Of a DNA stretch of 64,000 bases, positions 10,382-19,808 are shown one piece after another. The DNA is from an uncultured cyanobacterium (GTDB taxonomy: Bacteria > Cyanobacteriota > Cyanobacteriia > Cyanobacteriales > Nostocaceae): positions 1,056,001 through 1,120,000 of the forward strand of contig OY970166.1 of NCBI GenBank assembly GCA_963706595.1, given 5' to 3'. The notes under the pieces are model-generated. The model was not told where the DNA came from. It saw only the letters and a list, made by a program, of their open reading frames with translations, and made no database searches. The first letter of the stretch is position 1, and the number at the start of each line of letters is the position of its first letter. The translations under genes and the position numbers were made by a program.

Positions 10382-12002
10382 CTATCCATTACCCGCATCT
10401 TTCTTAACAATCCAACAAGATACTTAATATAAAGGGAAAAAGCTTGCTAAGTATAGTGTGGAGAGAACAGAATCGGGTAATGGAATCATGGAAAAGTGGG
10501 CAGCCAAGGAACTGTCTGGGGTAGACCTAGGAGACCTTCGTCGAAACAAGCGGTTAATCAAGATAGTAGAGGACTTAGCCGCACAGCCGGATAGCAGCGT
10601 ACCACAAGCGAGCGGAAATATGGCAGCAACCAAAGCGGCATATAACTTTTGGAAATCACCATATTTTCCCGCCAGTGAAATTCGTCAAGGGCATATAAAT
10701 AGCACAATCGAAAGAATCAAAGAACATCAAATAGTCTTAGCGATTCAAGACACAACAAACATAGATTTAACAGACCACCCCAAAACTAAAGGTGTGGGTT
10801 ATCTTGACCATCGTCAATCATCAGGATTGAAAGTACATTCAACATTTGCTGCCACAAGTAATGGAGTGCCGTTAGGAATTATTGAACAGCAGGTATGGGC
10901 TAGACCACCTGAAAATTTGGGCATAGCGAAAAAACGTCGTCAAAGGGAAACACTTTTAAAAGAAAGTCAGCGCTGGTTAGATGGATTAGAAGTCACACAA
11001 AGCTCAGTCCCATCAGAGATTCAAGTGGTGACAATAGGTGACTCAGAAGCAGACATATTTGACTTATTTAATCTCAAACGTTCAGAAAATTCCCATTTGT
11101 TAATTCGTGGGACTCACAACCGCAAAGTTGACCATTGTGCGAAATATCTACATCTTGCAATCCGCCAAATTGAACCCAATGGAACACTGACAGCAGAGGT
11201 CAAACGCAGTCCAGAACATAGTGCTAGAAAAGCGATACTTACAATTCGATTCACTAGTGTTGATATCCAAGTCCCATTACATCACATCGGGCGTTCACAG
11301 CTAAAACCTGTCAAGTTACAAGTAATTCTGGCATCAGAAGATCATCCACCACCCGGAGTCAATCCTATTAGTTGGTTATTGCTCACCAGCCTTGAGATTC
11401 ATAACTTAGAAGATGCCGCGCGTTGTGTGCAATGGTACACCTATCGTTGGTTGATAGAACGCTATCATTACACTCTAAAGAGTGGGTGTAGAATTGAACA
11501 ATTACAATTGTCCACTGCTGACCGCATCAATATGGCACTAGCCACTTATTCTGTTGTCGCTTGGCGTTTATTATGGCTAACTTACTCCTCACGAGTTCAC
11601 CCTGATTTATCCTCTGATGCTGTTTTAGAAACTGATGAATGGCAATCTTTATGTGCCACTGTCAACAAAAATCCCACCCCACCAAAAAAACCTCCATCTT
11701 TACGAGAAGCGGTGCGAATGATTGCCACTCTCGGCGGCTTTCTGGCTCGCAAGGGAGATGGTGAGCCGGGAGTTAAAACTATTTGGCGGGGTTTACGGCG
11801 ATTACACGATATCGCCGCTACCTGGAAACTTCTCCATTCCCACTCCCCATCTGATGTTTCTGGTTAACGATCGCATCCCAATATAGATATATTCATTTTC
11901 ATGTTTTGTCTAGTTTGTCAACCATCCCCTCTCATGGAAGCTATGTCATCCCCACACAGTCTGCTTTACAGCCATGTTAAGAAAGATGTGGGTAATGGAT
12001 AG
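10382..12002 (+). mobile_element. IS4 family (IS50/Tn5-like) insertion sequence
   Basis: 28-bp TIRs ctatccattacccgcatctttcttaaca (10382-10409) and its inverse (11975-12002), one mismatch; 10-bp direct repeat tcgcttgcgg at 10372-10381 and 12003-12012. Confidence 0.95.
10488..11867 (+). CDS. IS4 family transposase (Tn5-like)
   Basis: WAAKEL...LGDLRRNKRL, IQDTT, KESQRW, IGDSEADI, YTYRWLIERYHYTLKSGC, LGGFLARKGDGEPGVKTIWRG. Alternative GTG start at 10458. Confidence 0.95.
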   Translation: MEKWAAKELSGVDLGDLRRNKRLIKIVEDLAAQPDSSVPQASGNMAATKAAYNFWKSPYFPASEIRQGHINSTIERIKEHQIVLAIQDTTNIDLTDHPKTKGVGYLDHRQSSGLKVHSTFAATSNGVPLGIIEQQVWARPPENLGIAKKRRQRETLLKESQRWLDGLEVTQSSVPSEIQVVTIGDSEADIFDLFNLKRSENSHLLIRGTHNRKVDHCAKYLHLAIRQIEPNGTLTAEVKRSPEHSARKAILTIRFTSVDIQVPLHHIGRSQLKPVKLQVILASEDHPPPGVNPISWLLLTSLEIHNLEDAARCVQWYTYRWLIERYHYTLKSGCRIEQLQLSTADRINMALATYSVVAWRLLWLTYSSRVHPDLSSDAVLETDEWQSLCATVNKNPTPPKKPPSLREAVRMIATLGGFLARKGDGEPGVKTIWRGLRRLHDIAATWKLLHSHSPSDVSG

Positions 12003-12037
12003 TCGCTTGCGGGGAGGGGTTAGGGGTGGGGTCTTAT

Positions 12038-13339
12038 TTACGCCCGATTATCCCATTCTTGAGCCGCATCTGACAAGGCTTTATCTACAGTTTTTTGATC
12101 TAACATTGCTGCTTGCAAATTCTCATAAATTGCCTTTTGCAGACGTTTAGAATCTTTCAAAGTGGGAGTTAAAATCTCCGCTTGTTGTAATTGTTCAGCA
12201 CTAATAACTCGCGCTTTGTCCACAGTGGAAGCAGTATCAGGGACACTTTTAAAGTAACTATCTCCCAATGCTTTGATTGTAGAGGGTAAGACATTAGCCT
12301 CTTTCGCAAAGGCTAATTGATTTTCGTCATTGGTGAGAAATAAAGCAAACTTTACAGCCGCGTCCGGGTGTTTGCTAGCACGGGGAACAACTACATTCAT
12401 CACAGCCACATTTTTTTTGCCAGTATTACCGGTCATTTGGGGCGCAATAGCTGAAGCTTTGGCAACTTGGGGCGCATTAGTCGCAATTGTGCGGAGAAAC
12501 TCTGGTCCAGAAGCTAAAAATGCCGTTTGTCCCGATTGGTATAAATCAATTGCATGGCGATGTCCTTGGGTTAAAACTTCCCTGGGAAGTAGCCCTTTTT
12601 TATATAAATCTACCCAGTATTGAAACGCTGCTTTACCTTCTGGAGAATTAAAAGCCGCTTTACCTTCGGTATTTACTAGGGTTACTCCCATTTGCACCAA
12701 TGATTCCAACACTTCTCCGGAATCTTGCGGTGCAAAAGTCACAAAAAAAGCATATTTCCCCGTCTTATCTTTAATTTGCTGGGCTACATCTGCTAATTCT
12801 CCGAAGGTAGTCGGTACTTGAGTGATACCTGCCTGTTTTAATAAATCAGTGTTATAAATAGTTAACCTTGTTGTGAGGTACCAGGGAACACCAAAACTCT
12901 TACCATTCAGGGTGCTGGCTTTCCAGATATTCGGTAAATAGGAGGAACGTTCTTCATTCGAGATTTTTGGATCTAAGTCTAACCATGCATTTCTTCCCGC
13001 CAGTTGGGAAGCAAAAACTGGGTTGAGATTGACAACATCAGGAGGCGTATTTGCTGAAACAGCTGTTAAAATTTTGTTCTCCATCGCTGACCAGGGTACA
13101 TCCACCCAGTTAACCTTTATACTAGAATTCTGAGCTTCAAAATTTGTAATCAGATTTTGGAAGTATTCAGTAAATTGCGGTTGGAGTTGCATTGTCCAAA
13201 ACTCAACAGTGGCCTCTCCTGAAGCAGACTGTTGTGTATTTGTACCAACATTTGCAGCACTACAACTGACCATCCAACTGGTAAATAAGCCAATTAATGC
13301 CCAAGTAGCCAGTTGTTTGAATTTTTTAAATTGCATCAT
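12038..13339 (-). CDS. Sugar ABC transporter substrate-binding lipoprotein
   Basis: Lipobox-like VSC; VEFWTMQL, PPDVVNLN, GVPWY, IYNTDLLKQAG (SBP family 1). Confidence 0.9.
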   Translation of the reverse strand: MMQFKKFKQLATWALIGLFTSWMVSCSAANVGTNTQQSASGEATVEFWTMQLQPQFTEYFQNLITNFEAQNSSIKVNWVDVPWSAMENKILTAVSANTPPDVVNLNPVFASQLAGRNAWLDLDPKISNEERSSYLPNIWKASTLNGKSFGVPWYLTTRLTIYNTDLLKQAGITQVPTTFGELADVAQQIKDKTGKYAFFVTFAPQDSGEVLESLVQMGVTLVNTEGKAAFNSPEGKAAFQYWVDLYKKGLLPREVLTQGHRHAIDLYQSGQTAFLASGPEFLRTIATNAPQVAKASAIAPQMTGNTGKKNVAVMNVVVPRASKHPDAAVKFALFLTNDENQLAFAKEANVLPSTIKALGDSYFKSVPDTASTVDKARVISAEQLQQAEILTPTLKDSKRLQKAIYENLQAAMLDQKTVDKALSDAAQEWDNRA

Positions 13340-13479
13340 TTTAGCAGTATTTTTACGCTTGCTCAGGGTGACAAAGTTATGCAGAATTGTCGAGATTATA
13401 GGCTAAATCAGTTACCTAGTCTTCAGAGAATTCTTTAGTATCATGTAAAGTTTCCATTTAGCAGTCTACTGGCATAAGT

Positions 13480-14586
13480 GTGGTGAAAAGCTTTAATAAT
13501 CTGTTTGGCAAATCTAATCGAGGGGTGGGTATCGAACTTGCACCTGAACGGGTGAATGTAGTTCAGCTACGCAAGCAACGCCAAGGCTTGAAATTAGAAT
13601 CCCTGACTTCAGTACCGGTTCCCGAAGGGGTAATTGTCGATGGTCAAATTATCGACATCTCAACAATGGCTGAATTAATTCAGCAAGCACTAGCCCAGAG
13701 TAATATCAAGGCTTCTCGTGTGGCTACTGGTGTACCAGGGAGAGATTCCATCGTTCGTCTGATACCTATACCAGCTGAGTTGGACGACAAAGAACTAAGG
13801 GAGATGGTGTTAAACCATGAAGCCGGGTTGTATTTGCCCTATCCCCGTGAAGAAGCTGATGTAGATTATCAAAAACTTGGGTACTTTGTAGATGAGGATG
13901 GCATTGAAAAAGTACAGGTATTGTTAGTTGCCACCCGTAAGGAGGTGACAGATACCTATCTTAATACTTTTGAACAGGCAGGATTGCAAATCGATATTTT
14001 AGAGATTAACAGTTTTGCTCTGATTCGGACTATTCGTGAGCAACTGCGACGATTTGGGATGCAGGAAGCGGCGGTATTGGTTGATATAGAGTTCGACAGT
14101 ACAGAGATAGCTATTGTGATTAATGGCGTGCCGCAATTTTCGCGCAGTGTGCCGATTGGTACTTATCAAATGCAAATGGCTCTCTGTAGGGCGATGAGTT
14201 TACCGACATCACGGGATATGGATTTGTTACAGGGTATGGTGATTCCCGCAAATCCTTTAGATGGCGGACAAACTGGGGTGACAGAGGCTAATCCTGGGAT
14301 GGCGGCTTTGTTGAGAGTTTTGGGAGAACTCACCGATGAACTGCGCCGTTCTATCGATTTTTACCTAAATCAAAGTGAAAACCTGGAAGTGGCACAGATT
14401 TTCTTGGCAGGGCCAGGAGGCGGACTGCAACAGCTAGATGAGTTTTTCACTCAAAGATTAGGACTGCCAACTAGTCAAATTGACCCCATTGTGTCTTTGT
14501 CTTTACAAGTTGATGAGGAACAGTATCCCATAGCACAACGTTCTGGCTTGGGAATCATACTTGGTCTTGGAATGCGGGAGGTATAA
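13480..14586 (+). CDS. pilM: Type IV pilus assembly protein PilM
   Basis: Actin-like fold motifs (VGIEL, LVDIEFDST, IFLAGPGG, GLGMR); first gene of pilMNOQ. Confidence 0.95.
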   Translation: MVKSFNNLFGKSNRGVGIELAPERVNVVQLRKQRQGLKLESLTSVPVPEGVIVDGQIIDISTMAELIQQALAQSNIKASRVATGVPGRDSIVRLIPIPAELDDKELREMVLNHEAGLYLPYPREEADVDYQKLGYFVDEDGIEKVQVLLVATRKEVTDTYLNTFEQAGLQIDILEINSFALIRTIREQLRRFGMQEAAVLVDIEFDSTEIAIVINGVPQFSRSVPIGTYQMQMALCRAMSLPTSRDMDLLQGMVIPANPLDGGQTGVTEANPGMAALLRVLGELTDELRRSIDFYLNQSENLEVAQIFLAGPGGGLQQLDEFFTQRLGLPTSQIDPIVSLSLQVDEEQYPIAQRSGLGIILGLGMREV

Positions 14587-14590
14587 CAGA

Positions 14591-15358
14591 ATGTACAGTT
14601 TAGATGTTAATTTTCTTAAAGATCGGGTCCTTGAGCAGAACACGCCTAACAACAGACCAGGATTTCAAATGCCCACGGGCGATTTCACACCAGTGTTTGT
14701 GGGATTGGCTATTGGTGTGTGTTTGCCGGCTTTTGTTGGGGCAGGTTTGTGGTTTTTGCAGTCGAAAAATAGTCAATTAGATCAGCAGATAGCAGAATTA
14801 ACTCAGGAAAATGCGAGATTAGAAACGGAAATTGGGAATATTAATAAAATCCGGGAGGAGACAAAAAGAGTTAAAGCGGAAACACAGGGTTTAGTGACTG
14901 TGTTTGATCAGATTCGCCCTTGGTCTGCCATGTTACAAGATTTGCGCGATCGCATACCAGCAACAGTGCAAATTGAAACCGTTAAACAAATTGAACCCGC
15001 CGCCCCAGCCCAAGGACAGCCACCCAGCAGTCGGGCTGGAGGATTGGAAGTTACCGGTATAGCTCGTTCTTTCAATGATGTCAATGACTTTCTCTTGACT
15101 CTGCAACAGTCTCAATTCTTGAAATCATCATCAAGCAGAATTACCACAGCCACCTTAGTAGATGCACCAATTCCACCAGGGAGTAATCAATCTGGTGGTG
15201 TCCAAATTAAACTACCCCAAGTAGTGAGATACACAATTCAATCCAGTGTGAGTGATGTTCCAGCTTCTGAGTTAATTCGGGAATTAGAGAAAAAAGGCAC
15301 CGTGGGATTAGTAAGTAGAATTCGCAGTATGCAAGAATTAGGAGTCATTTCCAAATGA
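14591..15358 (+). CDS. pilN: Type IV pilus assembly protein PilN
   Basis: MYSLDVNFLKDR N-terminus, TM, coiled coil, PWSAMLQDLRDRIP. Confidence 0.92.
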   Translation: MYSLDVNFLKDRVLEQNTPNNRPGFQMPTGDFTPVFVGLAIGVCLPAFVGAGLWFLQSKNSQLDQQIAELTQENARLETEIGNINKIREETKRVKAETQGLVTVFDQIRPWSAMLQDLRDRIPATVQIETVKQIEPAAPAQGQPPSSRAGGLEVTGIARSFNDVNDFLLTLQQSQFLKSSSSRITTATLVDAPIPPGSNQSGGVQIKLPQVVRYTIQSSVSDVPASELIRELEKKGTVGLVSRIRSMQELGVISK

Positions 15359-16128
15359 CAATGAGTCAAGGTTTTAATTTTGATGAGCAAGGTGGGGAAT
15401 TCGGTTCAGAAACTTCAAACTACCCCGTTGCTTTTGGTATTACTTTCACACCCAAAGTTCTTGGCATTTTGGTGGGTGTATTGGGATTTGCGGGAGCAGC
15501 GTATATGCTGCTTAACGTAGTAATGCCAGCATGGGAATCTTTTCAGGAAAAACAAACACAAGCTAATGATTTGCAAAGTCAAGTTGAGCAAAAAAAAGCC
15601 AGCATTCAACAAATTGGCCAAGTAAAAGCTGATTTAGCCGCAGCCAAGCAGGAAACAATCCAGGTTTTAAGTTTATTTGCTGATGAAAACACCTTAGATA
15701 CTCTATTGCTGGATATAAATCGTTTAGTTGAGTCTAGTAATGCTGAAGTTTCGGCTAATGCAGTTAGAGCCAAACTACAAAGATTTGTCCCAGCTTCAGA
15801 GGCAGCAGAACCAATTAAAGATGGCTCTCTTGGCCCTACTGTCGATGGCAAATTGAAACGCAGTAGTATTACTGTGGAAATTCAGGGAACATTTGAACAA
15901 ACCCAATCAATTGTTCGTAATATTGAACGTTTGCAGCCATTGTTAATAGTTAAAGATTATCAAGCAAGATTGTCTCCTGAACAAGCCAGAGACTCATCAG
16001 GCGAAGAAGTGATTCGGGTGGGACCAGCGCCCATTACTACGTCTTTTGAAATTCAGGCATTAATGCCACTTAATTCAGAAGAAGTTGCTGCTGCGGCTAA
16101 GGCGGCTGAAGCTGCAACTACACAATAA
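15355..16128 (+). CDS. pilO: Type IV pilus assembly protein PilO
   Basis: TM plus coiled coil, GTFEQTQSIVRNIERLQPLL; ATGA overlap with pilN. Confidence 0.88.
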   Translation: MTMSQGFNFDEQGGEFGSETSNYPVAFGITFTPKVLGILVGVLGFAGAAYMLLNVVMPAWESFQEKQTQANDLQSQVEQKKASIQQIGQVKADLAAAKQETIQVLSLFADENTLDTLLLDINRLVESSNAEVSANAVRAKLQRFVPASEAAEPIKDGSLGPTVDGKLKRSSITVEIQGTFEQTQSIVRNIERLQPLLIVKDYQARLSPEQARDSSGEEVIRVGPAPITTSFEIQALMPLNSEEVAAAAKAAEAATTQ

Positions 16129-16151
16129 ACTTTTGAGTAGAAACACAAATA

Positions 16152-16341
16152 TAGAACTTACGCACTTTACAAATTAATCAGGGTATGCTTTGAATAAAAT
16201 ACATTGTTTCAGACTTTTATCCACGATTATTTTGATTGTAAATAAACCAGCATTGTGGGGTTTTAGCAATGCTAAACCCCTACGAAAGATATGGTTTTTG
16301 ACAACACATATTTAATGTTAATTGTCAATGCGTAACTTCTA
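16152..16341. mobile_element. MITE with TAG(G/A)ACTTACGCA-type ends between pilO and pilQ
   Basis: tagaacttacgca ... tgcgtaacttcta inverted ends; internal hairpin ggggttttagcaatgctaaacccc; related ends at 36605-36730. Confidence 0.7.
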
Positions 16342-16402
16342 GAATACTACTACTCAAAAATTTTTGGTTAACAGGTGTTTTCTATATAGTGAGGAATGAA
16401 CG

Positions 16403-18940
16403 GTGAAACAATTTCACGGTAATGGTGTTATTTTAGGCGCTGCTGCTTTTGCATTTATCGCAGCTCAACCAGCATCAGCCCAGGTAGCTCAAGTAACTGG
16501 GGTGAAGCTCAACCCAGCTAATGGTGGAGTTAGCGTTGTTTTGCAAACTTCTTCAGGGTCGCGTCCCCAAGTTTTCACAACGAAAAGAAATAACGCTTTA
16601 GTCTCAGATATTATTAATACTCAATTGCGTTTACCGCAAGGAAATAATTTTCGCCAAGATAACCCGGCTGAGGGAATTGCCTCAGTGGAAGTTGTACAAC
16701 TTGATTCCAATAGTATTCGAGTCATCGTGACTGGTAATAATAATATCCCCACAAATCAACCTGTGGTGCGAAAGGCAAATGAATTAACTCTCAGCTTTAC
16801 GCCATCTTCCAGCACAGCATCAACAGCAGCACCGTCTGCTGGGACTCCAGCCCAAACTAGCCCAAGTGTTCTGGTTCCTAACCCACAAATCTCAATTGAT
16901 GGCAGACCTGCGCTACCTGCTAGCCCTAGTCAACCTGTGAGTCAAGCGCCGCCTTTTTTACCCAGAGCCGTCGCCCCACCAGTGGGAGATATCTCTGTTT
17001 CTAATACAGATGCGTCTCCCACAACTATTGACTTAGGCACTCAGGAACGTGTCCCCCGGTTGGTATTGAGAGATGCATCAGTGCGCGAGGTTTTGTCATT
17101 GCTGGCTCGTGCGGCTGGGATGAATTTGGCTTATATCGGAGAAGATGATGATAAGCAAGGTTCTACTTCTACCAGTCAGATTAATCGTGGTGCTACTGAT
17201 GCAGCGCCAATATATCAAAGAATATCCTTAGATATAGAAAATGAGCCAGTGCAAGATGTGTTTAACTACGTTTTGCGATTGAGTGGTTTAGAAGCTAACC
17301 GCAGTGGACGCACGATTTTTGTAGCTCCTAAACTCCCTAATACTACTCGTGATGTAGTAGTACGTAACCTGAGACTTAACCAAGCAACAGTACCAGAGAT
17401 TTTAAGGGTTTTAGTTAACTTGGGAGCAGAAAGTGCTGTCAATGCTGAACCTAAGACTACTAGGGTAACAACAGATGTGATAGGTACAGAAGAGGGATCG
17501 CGAAGAGAACTTGCTGAAGATACAAATCTTCAGGCTCAACGAATTACGTTTATTGACTCAATACCTATATTGCGAGGTTTACAAGTATCAGGAGACGTGC
17601 GAACCAATACTATTACCTTAATTGGTATGCCTAAGCTAGTTGAAATTGCCATGTCTCAAATTGTTCCGCTTGATCTCCGCCGTCGTCAAGTGGCAGTTAA
17701 CGTCAGGATTATCGATGTTAACCTCTTAAATACTAAAGACCAGAATGCCAGTTTTTCCTTTGGTATTGGTAATAACTTCTTTAGCAGTGATGGTGGTGCA
17801 GCATCTGTGAATTTTGGCGGTGTTAATCCGCCTTCCTCTAATGATGTGCGTAACAGTCTACAAAGTCCAACTATCATCCCTAATCCCTATTCAGGTGCTA
17901 ATACTTTCGTAGATTTAAGTGGCTCCACGCCTATTCCAGGCACTGGAATAGGTAACAGATTAATTGATAATGGGCGTTTACGAGAAGATATACCAGGAGG
18001 GACTGAATCATTCTTCAACCGTCAAGCAGGGGTTTCAGAAAATCCATTTCAAGCGGGTATCACAGACTTTACAAGGGGAACACCAAATGTAACCCGGATT
18101 ACAGATATTCCTGCTACTCCTGGTACTCCTGCTACGCCTGCTATTCCTGCTGTGGTTGAAAATGGTATTATTATTGTTCCAGCAGTTCCTGCTACTCCTG
18201 GTACGCCTGGTACTCCAGCGCGTAGAGAGTTTACGTTTGCACCAGGGACTTTGGGAACAGCAACATCTGCTCTTCCATCCCTTTACCAGTACCCTAGACG
18301 ACTTCTTGCGAGTTTGCAAGCTCAAGTCCAAAATGGCAATGCCAAGATTTTGACCGACCCTACCTTAATTGTGCAAGAAGGTCAAACAGCTGACGTTAAA
18401 TTAACTCAAGAAGTTGTGGGTAACATTATCAGGGAAATAACTCGTGGTGATGGCACTTCTTCAGAATCAGTCACAGCTGAGAAAACAAACGTAGGTTTAG
18501 AACTGGCTGTGAGAGTTGATCGAATCGATGATAATGGTTTTGTATCTCTTTCTGTGTCTCCAAGTGTTTCAACTCCTCAAGCTCCAGCCGACATTAGTTT
18601 GGGTGGTGGTGGTAGCCAAAGAATATTTTTGGTTTCGACACGTTCCCTTACTTCTGGTACTGTTCGCCTGCGAGATGGTCAGACTTTAATTCTCTCAGGT
18701 ATCATTCAAGAGTCAGATAGAGTAAGTGTTTCTAAGCTTCCTATTTTGGGTGATCTTCCTCTGATTGGTTCTCTGTTTAGAAGAACAAACAGAGAGAATC
18801 AACGTCAAGAGGTGATTGTGCTGCTAACTCCTCAAATTATGGATGACTCTGAGAACTCGGCTTATGGCTATAATTACAGCCCCAGCCCAGAGGTACGGCA
18901 AATGATTGAGCGTCGTGGGTTGAGTGCGCCGAGACGATAA
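16403..18940 (+). CDS. pilQ: Type IV pilus secretin PilQ (AMIN + secretin domains)
   Basis: Signal peptide, AMIN domain, RRQVAVNVRIIDVNL, AKILTDPTL, VRLRDGQTLILSGII, KLPILGDLPLIGSLFR, VIVLLTPQI. Confidence 0.94.
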   Translation: MKQFHGNGVILGAAAFAFIAAQPASAQVAQVTGVKLNPANGGVSVVLQTSSGSRPQVFTTKRNNALVSDIINTQLRLPQGNNFRQDNPAEGIASVEVVQLDSNSIRVIVTGNNNIPTNQPVVRKANELTLSFTPSSSTASTAAPSAGTPAQTSPSVLVPNPQISIDGRPALPASPSQPVSQAPPFLPRAVAPPVGDISVSNTDASPTTIDLGTQERVPRLVLRDASVREVLSLLARAAGMNLAYIGEDDDKQGSTSTSQINRGATDAAPIYQRISLDIENEPVQDVFNYVLRLSGLEANRSGRTIFVAPKLPNTTRDVVVRNLRLNQATVPEILRVLVNLGAESAVNAEPKTTRVTTDVIGTEEGSRRELAEDTNLQAQRITFIDSIPILRGLQVSGDVRTNTITLIGMPKLVEIAMSQIVPLDLRRRQVAVNVRIIDVNLLNTKDQNASFSFGIGNNFFSSDGGAASVNFGGVNPPSSNDVRNSLQSPTIIPNPYSGANTFVDLSGSTPIPGTGIGNRLIDNGRLREDIPGGTESFFNRQAGVSENPFQAGITDFTRGTPNVTRITDIPATPGTPATPAIPAVVENGIIIVPAVPATPGTPGTPARREFTFAPGTLGTATSALPSLYQYPRRLLASLQAQVQNGNAKILTDPTLIVQEGQTADVKLTQEVVGNIIREITRGDGTSSESVTAEKTNVGLELAVRVDRIDDNGFVSLSVSPSVSTPQAPADISLGGGGSQRIFLVSTRSLTSGTVRLRDGQTLILSGIIQESDRVSVSKLPILGDLPLIGSLFRRTNRENQRQEVIVLLTPQIMDDSENSAYGYNYSPSPEVRQMIERRGLSAPRR

Positions 18941-19479
18941 GAAGCCCTGGAACCCTTAAAAATCCCGGAATCAACCACCCAAACAAAGTCCGCACTATGG
19001 CTAACGCCACGCTCAGTGAGCGCCAGCGCGGACTAATAGAAAATTCAGAATTTGAAACCCGCGTTGGCGGCCTTCCCGACCGAATGCCGCTACGCGTCTT
19101 GTCTGTGTAAATGTGGGTTATGACTGCCGATTTTGCTGATGTGATTTCTGGTTTTTGAATTTTAAATTTGAATTTTGAATTTCACAGTCAGGAGCTTTTA
19201 TCAGTACTTTTGCAATTTTATGTATAATTTATCGAAAAAAATCACTGAAAAATCACAAAAAATCCTGAAATCTATATAAATTAATGGTTTCATCTATCCA
19301 CTTCAGGCTACAACACCTTAGAATGATTCATTGAAAAGTCGAGCCGATGGGATGTACAGCCATTTTTTATGTAAATATTCCCAAAGGACGACTTTTGTAA
19401 TTCTCTGTTTGGAGAATTAAATAAATATGCCGCCGGGTGTAACAGTAAAGAATCTGAAGTAAACATCAAGGAGTTTGAT

Positions 19480-19782
19480 ATGAACAAGGGTGAATTAGTT
19501 GATGCTGTGTCTGAAAAGGCTAGTGTTACCAAAAAACAAGCTGATGCTGTTTTAACTGCTGCTTTGGAAACGATTGTTGAAGCTGTTTCTTCTGGCGATA
19601 AGGTCACGCTAGTAGGATTTGGCTCTTTTGAATCACGCGAACGCAAGGCGCGTGAAGGTCGTAACCCCAAAACTAATGAAAAGATGGAAATCCCTGCCAC
19701 TAGGGTTCCAGCTTTCTCTGCTGGTAAGCTGTTTAGAGAAAAGGTTGCACCCCCAAAAGAACCAAAAGAAGTAAAAGAATAG
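19480..19782 (+). CDS. hup: DNA-binding protein HU
   Basis: MNKGELVDAV...VTLVGFGSFE...GRNPKTNEKMEIPATRVPAFSAGK; AGGAG RBS. Confidence 0.97.
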   Translation: MNKGELVDAVSEKASVTKKQADAVLTAALETIVEAVSSGDKVTLVGFGSFESRERKAREGRNPKTNEKMEIPATRVPAFSAGKLFREKVAPPKEPKEVKE

Positions 19783-19808
19783 CTCACGTTTTAGGAGACC
19801 TCTTTTTG

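Noticed and set aside
13480..18940. Missing pilP as an anomaly
   Set aside because: pilMNOQ without pilP is the usual cyanobacterial arrangement.
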